Source: Amoebidium appalachense (Eukaryota > Protista > Ichthyosporea). From it: DNA of 64,000 nucleotides. Both the position numbers and the translations under genes were made by a program. Where the stretch lies: assembly GCA_963693365.1 (NCBI GenBank), contig CAVNZM010000003.1, forward strand, positions 4,349,106-4,413,105, in the 5' to 3' direction. Under the pieces are notes generated by a model that saw only the letters and a program-made list of their open reading frames with translations, was not told where the DNA came from and did no database searches. Shown piece by piece: positions 1 through 28,766 of this stretch; the first letter of the stretch is position 1; every line of letters starts with the position of its first letter.

Positions 1-124
1 CATGTAAACTCCGGGCGGCAGATACGCACACATGATTAGGGGCGGAGAGAGCCATGGGCGTGTTTTTTTTCTTGGGCTATTTTTTTTTTTTTTTTTGGGT
101 TAGTTCGAAGGGGACTTAATTGTT

Positions 125-156
<32 letters not shown>

Positions 157-161
157 GTGGC

Positions 162-215
<54 letters not shown>

Positions 216-860
216 GGGGGGGGGGGGGGATTAAGGTGTGTAACGCTTGCGAACGTCCGCGCAAACATTTGTACCAGTCCAGGGTCGGAAAACTTGCAAG
301 GAAAGAAGTTTGCTATGCCATGGCTCTGTGTACTTGTCGTGGGTGGGTGGAGGGAGGGGGCGGGGGGCGGGGGGAAGGGGGAGGGGGGGGGGGGGGGGAG
401 GAACAGGTGGGGAGGAGGGGGAGGGGGGGGGGAGGGGGGGGGGGGAATGGGGGGGGGGGGGGGGGGGGGGGAGGGCGGCCTGCATGATTACCCTTGATTT
501 TTGCCTTATTTTGCAAGAACTAAACTTCGGACCAATCATAGGAAGGCATAGTGAAGGACCACCAGATATCGTCACTGAGTTTGCCTGTTGATATCTTGTC
601 CCACAATCAAACATCCGAAGAACATACTTTAATCCCTACATCCTCATCGGTTTCAAAGAAGGTGGGGTCCCCTCCCTTTGGCAATGCAGTGCTGCACACC
701 AGCAGGTACTGCAACCCAAGAATCCAACCGCAGCGGCTGTGGCGGGGTCTGCCAGAGTTATATGGCCGGCAAGGGCGAATCCCTAAAGGTGTAGCTGAAT
801 GCTCTTCAAAAGGTACCAACCTAATATTGAAATTATGCAGTGTGGATTTGTGTGCCGGCA
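1..860 (-). mobile_element. Degenerate non-LTR (LINE) reverse transcriptase relic, RT domains ~2-4
   Basis: Minus-strand fragments LVPFEEHSATPLGIRPCRP (~QxGFRxxR), DV*LWDKISTGKL (~DxxKAFDxVxH) and LSPPLIMCAYL (~LSPxLFxxYL) occur in RT order. Homologous to 5580-7000: 1-80 matches 5580-5660, and 480-565 matches 6540-6620. Contains stops and poly-G insertions. Confidence 0.45.
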
Positions 861-1254
861 ACCCTTATATGTGCCCCCCTGTCTCCCCCCCTCCCCCCCC
901 TGCTCCTGCCCCCCCCCCCCCCCCCCCCCTTTCATTACCACCAGCACACACACAACATTGCGATATTATGCCGGCCTTACTAAGTCGTATGTATGCTGCA
1001 TGTGCATACGGTGCAATGTTGTGTGCACGTGTAGTAGTACGTGAAAGGATCAACAGGCATGCATCGCTCGTCGGTATCATACGGTATTAAAGTGTTGGTC
1101 GTAATGTAGATAGGGTCTTGGTGCGCATGAAACCGTGTGTGACCGTATCCATGCCTGTGTGTGTGTGTGTGTGTGTGTGTCTGTTGCTTGTGTGTGTGCG
1201 AATGTGTGTATGTGCATGTGTGTGTGTGGTCTACCGTAGCCTGGCATCCAAAAA

Positions 1255-1797
1255 TCACACAGCTATGTATAAATGTTACGGCTGGGTTCAGGGATCCTAC
1301 CATAGTATTTTTTTCCAAGGGGGGGACGGGGGGGAGGGGAGGAGGAGGGGGGGGGGGGGGGAGGGGGGGAGGGAGGAGGGGGGGGGGGGGGGAGGGGAGG
1401 CAGGTGTTTATACAGCACAATGCAAGGGTTGAAAGATTATTGACAATTCATCGTTTTGTGTGCCCACACAGAAATTTTGAAAAGGAAATGTGTATAGACG
1501 TAGACGTACAGTAGCAAGTAGTGGGCCCAAAGAAGCCCCTCAGGAATTCTCCTTTTATCCCACAATCTAGGTCCAACGACTTTCTCTAATACAACCTCTC
1601 GGGCAACGGCTGGTGCATTTGGGCAACCCTTCCTTGTGGTTGTGCATTCCATTGGATTGCACACACTCATGCGCTTGGCGACCAAAGTATGGCTGATGCG
1701 AGTTTCTAATCAAAGAGATTTGCATCTACGCAAGTCTGGGTAGAGTATTTGCCCCTTTCAAATGACGCTGAATGGTCTCACAGTTCCCACATAACCA
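1255..1797 (+). mobile_element. Degenerate LINE RT relic (domains ~1-3), paralogous to 2777-3355
   Basis: Colinear nucleotide similarity to 2777-3355 (gttcagggatcctaccata; ggcaacgg..ggtg.atttgggcaacc; tcacagttcccacata). Translation DASF*SKRFASTQVW resembles LDxxKAFDxVxW. Confidence 0.4.
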
Positions 1798-2243
1798 ACC
1801 TCCCTCCCTCCCCTCCCCCCCCCCCCCCCCCCCCGGCTACCCTCCAAAAAGGGCAGAAAGAAAAAGCAATCAATAAACGTAGCCCTAGCGGCACGTGCAC
1901 CAACAACGTGCTATAACATGTACAGTACCACACCGACAGTGGAGGCCAGCATACAAAGACCAACATATTTATGGACACAGGTACACGTGCGCACAGAGTG
2001 TTGCGGTGCTTAAACGGCCCATGATTCCGGAAAAAAAGATTGTTATGTACCGTATGATTATTAACTCTGCCACCGCCACAAATTCGCTATGCGGTGATGG
2101 GTCAAAGATTGCTGCCGGGCTTACGGTATGTGCACGACCACATGCGTAGGAACATCTTGGCATAAGCATCGTTTGTGTCCGTGTGTACGTGTGTGTCCGT
2201 GTGTACGTGTGTGTGCGTGTGTGTGTGCGTGTGTGCGTGCGTA

Positions 2244-2455
<212 letters not shown>

Positions 2456-2546
2456 AATGCGTGCGTGTGTGCTTGCGTGATAGATATGCGTGATAGATGT
2501 GCATGATAGATATGCATGCGTGTGGCCCCCAGGGTTGACAATGTTT

Positions 2547-2595
<49 letters not shown>

Positions 2596-2607
2596 AGCAA
2601 GTGCTAT

Positions 2608-2686
<79 letters not shown>

Positions 2687-2776
2687 TGGAACGTGGTGTG
2701 TGTGGGGGGGGAGGAGGGGTGGAGGGGGCAGCTGGGCGCTAAGTTTCACATAATGCGTCTATCGTAGTATCCCCAC

Positions 2777-5200
<2,424 letters not shown>

Positions 5201-5579
5201 TGCAGCCCCCCCCCCCCCCCCTCTCCCCCCCCCCTCCCCATCATCCCTCCTCGCCCCCCTCCCTCCATCCCCGTTCCCCTTTTTTCCCCCTATGTACCTT
5301 TTCTATGGTTGAAGGCTTTTTCTCGAAGCTCCTTTGACGATTTGCAGGTGTGTGTAGGGGAAAGAATGAAAGTGTGATGGTCCCTACCCCCCCAATACAC
5401 AAACACGCACGGTGTACACATACGCTCACATACATACAATACACTGTCATAGATGCACAACACACACACACACACACACACACATGCTGCGCGTGCACAC
5501 TAGCACATCGTGACAATGGCTGGTAGACACGTATATGACAGGCATGATGCACACACGCGCCTTGAATATGTGAGCACGC

Positions 5580-5798
5580 ATGCAAACTCTCGCCAACGGT
5601 GGCAGGTACGCGCACATGATTAGGGGCGGAGAGAGCTATGGGCCTGTTTTTTTCTTGAGCTAGTTATTATTAGTATTGATACTACTAGTTTGTCATCATA
5701 AGGGGTTTTAATTGTTGTTTTCATTTTTATTTTTATTTATTTTTTTTTTTGGGGGGGGGGGGGTTGGGGTGGGTGGGGCGGGCAGGCGGGCGGGCGGG

Positions 5799-5840
<42 letters not shown>

Positions 5841-5992
5841 GGGGTTGGTTCCGAGATCGACGCGTAAACGGGATGAGGGAAGCACAAAGACACCACACAC
5901 GCCAGGTGCATGCCACGAGGAAGTTTCCCATCATAAATCCTCATTTCAATGAGCCTCTGTGTTTTTTTTTTTGTTTGTTTAAAGTTTTTTTT

Positions 5993-6042
<50 letters not shown>

Positions 6043-6197
6043 AGGGAGGGAGAGGAAGGGAGAAAGAGAGAAAGAGAGGGGGGGGGGGGGGGGGAGGGGG
6101 GTGGAGAGACAGGGAGAGAGAAAGAGGGTGAAGAGAATGGGGGGGGGGAGAGGGGAAAGAATGAGAGGCGGGGGGGAAGAGAGGGGGGGGGGGGGGT

Positions 6198-6231
<34 letters not shown>

Positions 6232-6384
6232 GGGGGAGATGGGGGGGGGGGGGGGGGGGGGGGGAGGGGGGGGGTGGGGAAGGGAGGGAGGGAGAGAAAG
6301 GGCGGGGGCTTTGGTGTTAAAGAGTAGAAAGTACACATTCATGACGGCCAACACAGCACGTATAAATCGGAACCCATCCACAGG

Positions 6385-6451
<67 letters not shown>

Positions 6452-7755
6452 ACATGCCAGTGGTCAAAGGCAGTCCGAGGGGGGGGGGGGGGGGGGGGGG
6501 GGATCCTCTGGGGGGGGGGGGGGGGGGGGAAGGGGGGGTCTGCATGGCAATACACTTTCACCCTGCTTTGCTCGAGTTCAACTGAACTATGTACACTGGA
6601 CCCATCATGAAGGACCACCAGAATTTCTCTGCGTGTTTGACTGCTGCTAAAACTTTATCAGGCTTTTTACTAGTTATAATAATTTTTATGTGTCCTATTT
6701 CGCCCCCTAAGCCTGAGAGTCTATAGCTTTCCACCTGGCGCTGCCTAAACCCCCAGGCATACTGATAACTGCAAAGCACGAATGTACTATTATTGCGCTC
6801 AGCACAACAACTAATTCGTCTCACAATCAGATGTCAGGTTAACATCCAAAGACAAATACATTATTTGTTTAGTTGCCGTTGGGTGACCTGCGAGTTTTAC
6901 AGATGTGGTTAAGGTACATACCTGTTACTGCAGCAGAAGGGTTGTGGCCGACTGACCAGCAGCCAAGTGGTTGCCCTACAGTTGAAGCTGAATGTTTATC
7001 TACACCAACACTTTGCCAAGGGTGTGAAGGCTGGCAAGCGGACACTAGCACAGACATGCACGAGGTTTACATGCCAGGTACACACACACACACTCAGCGG
7101 CTTGCGAGCACAACACGTGACACTGTATACCACGCGGCAGACACACTGCCACGCACAAGCACCGTGGCAAACACGTCCACTGGTGGCCACGTCAAACTCG
7201 CACGTTATCGCATGCCAACTTTTTCTGCGGCCTTATATCTCTCCTTTCTCTCGCTCTCTATCAGTTTTCCTTTTTCCCCCTTTTTTTCTTCCTTCATTTT
7301 TTTTTTTTTTTTTTTTTTTTTGTATTGTGGGGGTAAGGGACTCCGGGAGCTGCCGGAGGGGGGGGGGGGGGGGGGGGGGGGGACTTGGAAGTGGAATAGG
7401 GGAAGTTGGAAAGGGAAGGTGGAGGGGAATAAATCTATGCAAGTGGGTACTTGTGTGTTTGTATTAGTGTGCACAGCACACATTAAACACAACAGTACAT
7501 TTGTTTGTGTACATAAACTATGATTGTCATTTAGCTAGGAACAAGTTATGCATTACCGTAACTATTATCATACTGTTGCATATGGAATTCAACTATACCA
7601 CGCCATCGTATAACTTGAATGATGGCTAACCAAGATGGGGAACCAATGTGAACGCCCCCGGGACCACTGGCGCGTTGTTTGCCAATGTTTGAGAACCACA
7701 ACAACTCCTTTATAGCAATGTGTTTAACTGCGACTATCGACGTAATGTCCCACAA
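5580..7755 (-). mobile_element. Degenerate LINE RT relic (domains ~0-4)
   Basis: Minus-strand motifs in RT order: IAIKELL...KQRASGPGGVH (~KAPGPDGI, domain 0), RRISCCAERNN..VLCSYQ..GFRQRQ (domain 2), KKPDKV...H (~KAFDxVxH), LSPPLIMCAYL (domain 4). Confidence 0.55.
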
Positions 7756-9408
7756 TCACATGTCGAACGTGATACCAAGACATAGCCTCTACCTCACCCA
7801 TTGCAGCTGGGTGACCGTAAATTGCCCTTTTGCCAAGACAGTATGTACTGTGCAGGATACGAATACAAAAATATCGCTGCATATACGTGATGGTTGGGGT
7901 ATCCAGCGTGTGATGCATATGCATGTGCACGTGCACACTCCGAACCATAAACTGGCAAGACCCTACAATACGGAAGGCTGCGTGTAGTGCATGCACAGTG
8001 CCAAGACGTGTGCACAGGTGCATGCATGGGTCCACGCGAGCGGTTTGACCTTTTGTGTGTGTTTATGCCACACGTAAGTGTGTAAGTGCACGTAACATTG
8101 TGTGTGCGCACATGCAATGCAACGTGTACACATGAGCTCTCCATTGAACCTTCCTTCAGGTGTGAGCGAGATTGCTGTGTGGATCTGCTGCGTATACGTG
8201 CATGGATGGATGGGTAGGTGGGATGCGCATGTGTGAGGCCGCACACGCGCACGGGGGGGGGGGGGGGGGGGGGGGGGGGAAGGGGAGGTGGGGGGTGGGG
8301 GTGGGGGGTGGGGGGGGGGGGGGGGGAGGGAGAATGGTGGAGAATTAGTGAGGCAGCGCTGGCCATGGAAGGTAAAGGCAGATGTGTGTTTTGAGTGACG
8401 TGGGTGGGTGCAATGGGGAGAGGGGGAGGAGGGGGGGAGGAAGGGGCGGCGGTGGCAGAGGGGGGGGGGGGGGGGGGTTGAAGGGGGCTTATGTTATTTA
8501 TCTTTTCCACTTCTGCTATCCACATGTACACTGGTCAAACCTGTCTAGAGAACATCTATTGCCAGCTTTATTGGTCTCTCGGCACAGTACATAATGATAT
8601 TTACCCTTACATGCAACTCCCTCCAAAGGATTGTTTGGGTTGTGGTCGGTATACATAGCCACCCAACACGTGATTAATCCACAAAGTACATATGCCATAT
8701 TACCTCCACATTTTCCGACATAATTTCGCCAAAAAAATGCACATATGATCTGTCCGCAGGACTTTCCGGCAGGAGCAAATAAATAAATAAATAAACATTT
8801 TTTTAATAAAAAAAACACGTGCCATACATATACCCACCCCCACATTATCCGACATAGTTTTAAAAAAACCAAAAAAAACCAAAAAACAAACACACAATCC
8901 GTCCGGAAGTGGGGAGGGGGAAAAAAAAGGAGGAAGAAGGAGGGGAAAAAAAAAAAAAAAAGACGTGCGGCGATTGTAACTGCGTAACTGTCGTATCTTA
9001 GATTGTACAGTGCATTGCAGGTTCCCTGGTAGTCGTGACTCTACACAGAAATATCAGGACTCGAAATCCAATCAACAAAGCAACATAAAAGCAACATCAC
9101 ACAAGTATGTATACAAGTGTTACATTCACGTTAACAACACATTCCCACATTATAATCCAAACATTCCAAATTCCCATACACAGCGTCACAACACCACCAT
9201 AGCATCCTTACATCATAAAAATCCCACACATTAACTACCAAAAAACAATCATGTATGACATGCAACAAAATACCCGCGTAACAAACGCATACGGAAAGGG
9301 CAAGTCGTCACAACAGAGGCAACACAAAGATATTTCCCATCCAGCATTCACACCGAAATACACGTTCTAACCCAGCCAAGCCCCTTGACCCCCCCCCCCC
9401 CCCCCCCC

Positions 9409-9445
<37 letters not shown>

Positions 9446-9473
9446 GAAATTCCAATCAAAAATACGGGGATAT

Positions 9474-21883
<12,410 letters not shown>

Positions 21884-23232
21884 GTTTCCTGCATGCGTTA
21901 GAAAAGACAGTCAGCATGATCGAACAACCGATAGACAACCTAGCCTGACTAACCAGAACATCTTAATTATCATCTGTAAACCCGAAATCTTTCAATAACG
22001 CCATATTCCTACTTTTTGTTTGTTTCATAATTCCTAGCCGCTGGTTATATGCACAGAATAAAGTCAAAGTAATCGTGAAGAATAAAACAAACTTCGTGAA
22101 AGATGTATGGAGCATTTTATGTTATGTTACAAAAACCGAGGGAGCTTGGAAACACAATCAAGTGCATTCTAAGAAGCCATCTACTAAGAAGCAAGCAGAG
22201 GTTTTGGGCCGGATGATCGAACCCGGCAGAAGTACGTATAACGAGAAGTTATCGCCAGGGTGATAGAAGTGTGGACAAGGTAAAAGAGTAAATACCTGCC
22301 GAGCGAGTTCTGGTGATCTCCCTGCAGGAGACGTGTAGGAGTGAAACAGCCACTCCACACTCGCTTCCCGCTTCTGTTAAATGTTACATACGTCAGTCCT
22401 TCTGACGAGGAGAGATGGGAGAAGGTGGTTGGGCTTGGATATTCTCAGTGTTTTTTTTTGCCTACAGCCAAGATCGCCCTGATAGTGTTGTGCATCTTTT
22501 TATTTTATTTTTTTTCGATTCTTAGGAGATCTCTGCTTGACAAACCCCCAATCTTGTGAATGCCTAACGTTCCGTATTCCTACCAAACCACTTGACACAG
22601 ATGCGCAAGTGGCACACCCTTGACCATCAAGATCAAGGGGGAAAAAGAGGAATAAGGCAACCTGATACTCCAACATACATTACCTCTCTCTTTTACCATA
22701 AAAGGTCTTTGACAAACAAACTTTCTTACACTTACAAAGCACGTTATCAGTAAAACCCGAAAGCTCCATACAAGCTGTCAAATGACAGATGCGAGGTTAA
22801 AATGGACAGGACGGCAACACTGCGAAGGAAGAATGAGATTTCTTGGTTTAAAACGCAAAAAAACAACTGGAAGATACACGCGTATCCTCACAGCACCACA
22901 ACTTACGGTCTTTCCACCTAAAGATCTATTCGTCTTCATGTGTCACGTAAGCAGGGAACCTTGCACAAACACACCTTGAAATTACGTCCGCAGCCCGGCG
23001 GCCCGCCAGATCCCCTAACTATCACACTTAGAAAAACAGCTCAAGTTTCGATTAATAAAACTGCCAAGCTCATTTGACGAAAGTCACTAAACAGGAACAA
23101 AAAAAAGGGGGGGCGACAAAAAACCACCCAAAGACTTTCAAGCTGCCTGAGACTGCCTGCGTCAGAACTTGAAGGCTTCAATTCTCCCGTCTCCGTCACC
23201 GCACCGCGGCATACTCTCAGAGTGACTATTGA

Positions 23233-23320
23233 CCAATTATCATTTTTGTTTGTCATTTACACCAATCATTTCAAAGCTATGACCCAGAGATCCAATGAAA
23301 TTGATGTATCAATAACCAAT
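23233..23320. promoter_or_regulatory. Cluster of four CCAAT boxes upstream of the RBR gene
   Basis: CCAAT at 23233, 23262, 23292 and 23316 (spacing 29/30/24) in repeat-free DNA 5' of the RBR gene, resembling NF-Y arrays. Confidence 0.3.
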
Positions 23321-23779
23321 CATTGAGACCGGCTCACTGAGTATTTGAGATGTGCAAAAAGCAATCGTTTTTGAATGGCTCTCGGATTTCATTTGGCTTA
23401 CTGACTGATCTGAAAAGATGCACTTTGATTCTACATAGTAGTAACGGAGAACTCAAGTATTTATTGTGTAATAAGAGCATTATTTACATGTTTTGACCCC
23501 CAGTAATACTACATGTTACTGTCGGTCGTTTGCACTATTTCATCTGACAGATCTCTGACATACAGATACGCCGTTCCATTTTACCTACCTCTCTCCAAAA
23601 TAAGCAAGCACGCGTCAGCCTAAATTGCGTCATCCCTTGTCGGCGCGGGGGGGGGGGGGGGGGGGGGGGTTGAGGGGGGAGGGGGGGGGGGGCAAGGCTT
23701 TCAGGGGGGAGAGGGGAGGAACCCCCTTTGTTTGATGGCCCACTTCCAAAATGCCCCGGTAAAACGAAACTCATTTGCT

Positions 23780-24010
23780 GCCATGAGTTGCTAGAACATT
23801 CTTATTCTGTATATTGTTGCCAAACCCTGCATGGCGAGGTCTGAGGATTCCTACTTATTACTCATGCTTATCCCCATCTGCACATATGCACATGGGCTCC
23901 AGCAACACTGGAGTCGATCTTTCGAGTGCGACAATACCAACAACTCGTAAACCATTATTTCTCCCTCTTCCGCCCCTCCCTCCCTCCCCCCCCCCCATCC
24001 CCTCCCCCCC

Positions 24011-24069
<59 letters not shown>

Positions 24070-24260
24070 GCGTTGTTTGCGTGCATGAGGAGAGGGGATA
24101 TCGATTGCGTGGGGTTAAGGTAGGTAAGTAGGTTGAGCACGATGGTGAGAACAAACGTATTCAGTGCAATCAGCACACGTACACGTGGCAGTGACCTAAA
24201 AACAAACCGTGAAAACCAATGGTTGGGTGTCGTGCTGTTTGTTTTCGGAACTGCCATGTT
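23780..24260 (+). mobile_element. Possible very degenerate LINE RT fragment
   Basis: Weak ordered motifs TLESIFRVRQ (~STxDxIFxLRQ), ALFACMRRGDI and STMVRTN, split by a poly-C run. Confidence 0.25.
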
Positions 24261-24534
24261 TGTGTGTGCACGTGTGTGCGTGTGTGTGTGTTCACGTGTG
24301 CATGGCCGTGTGGGCGTGTGTGCGTTTATGTGTGTTCGCGTGTGTGTGTGTGTGTGTGTGTGTGTGGTCGGTGCGGATAGATGACACTGTGTGTTGGGTG
24401 TGTGTGCTTGTGTGTTGTGGGGGGGGGGGGGAAGGAGGGTATGATTCAGGGAATCCTCTTTGTTGAGGGGTCGGCAGGAGGGTGGATGGGTGGGGGGGGG
24501 GAAAGGAGGGGGTGGGGGGGGAAGCGTGCTTGGG

Positions 24535-24572
<38 letters not shown>

Positions 24573-25349
24573 GGGAAGGGTACGATTTCATTTTTAGTCC
24601 TGTGGATGGGGTGGATGGAGGAGTGGGAGGAATATGTGATAGCATTTTGACGAAGCACATAATAGCCCCGGCACAGGAGGACGGCACTGCCCCAGGTGAG
24701 ACTGGACCTATTTTGAAAACATAAGGGCGTGGGTATAAGGGGTATGGATGATAAGTATTCAGGCTGAAGCTCCCGAGTAACCCTCATCCCCCCCCCCGCC
24801 CCCCTCCCTTCCCCCCTCCCCCCTCCCCCAGTCCCCCCATTCCCCACCTCCCTCTCTCCGAGAGAAGGAGGGGAGGGGGTTAGCTTCAATACAAAAATTA
24901 CAATAGCTAATTATGGAAGAGTTTTCACCGCTCTAGGAGAGGGGGAAATCTCTTTTTCTTCTTGTTACCTTTTGTCTGCCTTTTTTTCTTCTTTTTCGTT
25001 TCTTCTTATTCTTCTTCTTTGTTTTGGTGACTGTGTTGCTGGTGATGTGTGCGTGTGTGTGGGGTGGGGGGTGGGGGGGGAGGGGGGGGGGGGGGGGGGG
25101 GGAATTGGCCGAAAGTGCTTCCGTAGAATATTCAGCTTCGCTTTTCTTGAACAAGGTGTGGGAGTGGGGGTTGGGGTGGGATGTGTGGTGTGGGGGGGAA
25201 GGGGGGGGGGGGGGGGGGGGGGGGGGGCAAATCAAATAAACCTTTTTTTTCTGCCTTAAATTCGTGATGATCCCGGTTGGGGCTTATGAAAGCAACATGT
25301 GTGTGTGTGTGTGTTGAGGGGGGGGGGGGGGGGGGGGGGAGGGGGGGGA

Positions 25350-25941
25350 CTATTAGCTATAAGATTAGCCCAAAGGCAGGACCGCTAATATTTGCGCAAT
25401 CTTGAGATTTTGGTTAGAACTCTCTTCGCGGAATATTCGTGGCGGATATTGAGTGCAGGGAAGTGATTACTTATAATATTGTGATTGCTTTGCAGAATCT
25501 GTAGAATCTGATGCGGATGTAATAAAAGCGATACGAGGCCTTTTGGCCCCGAAACCCCCCCCCCTCCCCCCCTCTCCCCCCCAGTGGCGGCCCCCTGGCC
25601 TCCTATCCGTCCACTCCCCTTCCCTCTAACCCCCCCATCTCCCCCTTGTCCTTTCCTTCTTACCCCTCGTTTGCCCCTCCCCCCTCCCCCTCCTTACCCC
25701 ACAGGGACAATCAGCAAAGATTGCAACCTCAACTACTATGAGGGTAACACGGCATCTTTATCTGTGAGTCTGTGCTTTGTTTATGTGTACCTGAATTGTC
25801 TCGATGTGTTTAGTAAAAGAGAGCAAATAGTGACAGTTTGGTGGCTGTAGCCAAATAGGTGCTTTTTGGAATAGTTGTGCGGATCGTCAGAAGAGACTAT
25901 CTAGCTGTTTTCAGTAGTTCCCCCCCAGGGGAGGGGAGGAA

Positions 25942-25976
<35 letters not shown>

Positions 25977-26442
25977 TGATGCAAAGTTTCAAACATTGCT
26001 TTAGAGGCCTTGAAAGCCCGGATCTGGTCGCAAATCGGGTGCTGTTCATCCCCCCCTCCCCCCTCCTCGCCCCTCCCCCTCCTCCCCCCCCCCCCCCCCC
26101 CCCCCCCCCTCCCCCCCCCCTCCCCCCCCCCCCCCCCCCCATCTCCCCTCCCCTCCTTCCCTCCTTCCCTCCCACTCCCCCCTCCCCCAGGGGCGCACAA
26201 TGCCCCGTTTCATCAGAAAGCCCTGTTACCAAATAACGTGCACGATGGCGTACATTGAGATTGGATTGCTCAAGTTAGTCTGGTCTGGCATTAGGTTAGT
26301 GATTGCAGCCGTGCTTTTTAATTAGGGGTGCAACCTTGATTTTCGAATAGATCGGAGTTTTGCCGTTCTCACAATCTTGTGGGGGAGGGGAAAGGGAGGG
26401 AGGGGGCGGGGAGGAGATGTTTTTGTTTTTTGGGGGGAGGGG

Positions 26443-26489
<47 letters not shown>

Positions 26490-26830
26490 GGCAAGTTGTT
26501 GTCGGGTCAGTGGTCTGCTTGGTGAACGTGGTATATTAGTTCTCGCAGTAAATTTTTGATCTGCGATAATGAAGCCCACGTGTGTGGGAATCGGTCAGAT
26601 TCGGCCAAATTGGCAGTCCAGATCAAGTTGACAAAACCGTTTGTAAGCGTTGTCGCTTTCATAGGTTTCGCAGCTCAAGCGCTTTCTTAACATCGATAGA
26701 AAGGTAAGGAAAAATCCTTCCTAAAGGTGCCCTGCAATTGAGGCTAGCACAATTCCTGCGATACTTAGCGATTGAATTCCAAAGGTGGGCCGAATCAACA
26801 CGCGGGCCTGTTTAGGCAAATTACTGCACT
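25350..26830 (-). mobile_element. Degenerate LINE RT relic (domains ~1-5)
   Basis: Minus-strand motifs in order: SDRFPHTW (~GxFPxxW), SPSRPLT (~YRPIS), STAAITNL..MYAIV, IRTTIPKSTYL...LFALF (~GVPQGSxL..LF), LIVVEVAIFADCP (~YADDVAI). Interrupted by G/C homopolymers. Confidence 0.45.
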
Positions 26831-26950
26831 ATAAATCCTGGGGGGAGAAGGGGAGGAGGGGCTCGAGAGGGGGCAAGTAGTGGGGGTGAGGATGGTGGAG
26901 GGGGGGGGGGGGGGGGGGAGGGGGGGGAGGGGGGGGAGGGGGAGTGCGTG

Positions 26951-27002
<52 letters not shown>

Positions 27003-27866
27003 TGTGTGCGTGCGTGCTTGCTTGTGTGCGTGCGTGCGTGAGTGAGTGCGTGCGTGCTGGTTTTAGAGGTGAGGTAGTTTTTTGGTTTCTTTCTTCTTTT
27101 TGGGGGGGGGGGGGGGGGGGGGGGAAGGGGGGAAGGGGGAGGGGCTGGGGGGAGGGGACAAGATTTGCCGGCAAAAGTTAAAGAAAGCAGAGTAATAAGT
27201 GTTGACTCATGTCGAAAAAAAATGTAACGTAAATACGCGCCAGGGGGATGAGTGGGTGGGTGTTGGGGGGGGGGGGGGGGAGGCAATCACCGGAAAGAGA
27301 AATAGAGGATGAAGGGAAGGGAATAGGGAAGGTTCAGTTGGACTGGGCTCCGTGCATTCAGGGACCATGATTTGCGTTTCACAAAAAACTCGGACCATTA
27401 ATTAAATGTTAAAAATGAAACCGGATAAAGTCTCCTTTAAACCTCACACGTTCCTGGCTGCTATCTACAATTGTAAAATCAGTTTTCAGCAATTCGTAAA
27501 TCTGTACTGTAGAGTATTATCAATGTACATATTCCCCTAAGATATTATCCTGGGCACAAACAGCTCTAGTATCTATGCCGTTGCAACAGAAAAAAACGTT
27601 AAAATGGAATGGAGAATGCGTGTTTACATTTTAAACCCGGCGCGTAAATATAAATGTGTTGCAACCACTAAATAGCCCTCTTCACTGTTAAATAACCGTA
27701 CAACTATCATCAAACTGCTGACTCACAAAAAGATAGCTGCCACGATGTACTATGAGCCTGTAAGCTGCATTAACAAACTTTTGTTTTAAGAGTACCTGTG
27801 CAATGTTTGTTTGCGGGTAAGCGCATCTGTGCACTGGTGTGCGTGCTGTCGTGCTTGTGCGTGCTT

Positions 27867-27913
<47 letters not shown>

Positions 27914-27925
27914 ACGGTGTTTTTT

Positions 27926-27957
<32 letters not shown>

Positions 27958-27975
27958 CTGTGTGTCTGTGTGTCT

Positions 27976-28046
<71 letters not shown>

Positions 28047-28766
28047 CGCGCGCGTGCGTGTGCGTGCGTGTGTGTGCGTGCGTGCGTGCGTGTGCGAGAG
28101 TTCATGTCACGTGCATGTGCGTTTGTGTTTTACCACACGGTGCATCCAATAATAATCACCATAGTAGCTATAAACAAATATCTACACGAAATCGTACACT
28201 GAAACTGCCGTGCCACATAACCGAAGCAATAACCGTATACACTGAGTTCATCGTAGTATTTAGGTTGTTAGTCCGTATACCACGGGTGCCTAAAATACTA
28301 CATTTTTGGCTTACATTTGGGAGGACCTGGTACGCTGTTCAGCGGCTTAAGTAATTTTGAGGATTATAGCGGGGGGGGGGGGGGGGGGGGGGGAAGAAAA
28401 GAAAACGGTGGGTGCATGCACATATAGATATATTTGGCCAGCAGATTGCCGATATTGTGGCACTAGGGGCTACAATGCACTTGTAAATCCGTTTCTTCTC
28501 GCTGCTTTTTTCCCTTTTCCTTTTCTTCTTTTTCTTTGCACTTCACAACTTTAGATAGCCTTTCGGAATTATGGCAAACCAAAAGGTAGCCATATTCCTA
28601 CTTTTTTTATTGTTTTATAATCAACCCATGCTAAAACGTTCAGCCAGACGTGAACAAGGCCTCTCTCCCATGTTCTCCCATAGCCGAACGCCACTCTCCC
28701 ATGTTCTAAAGTACTATTAGTAGCTCGGGTCTATAAACGTTAACATTAACTTGTCTATGTACGACT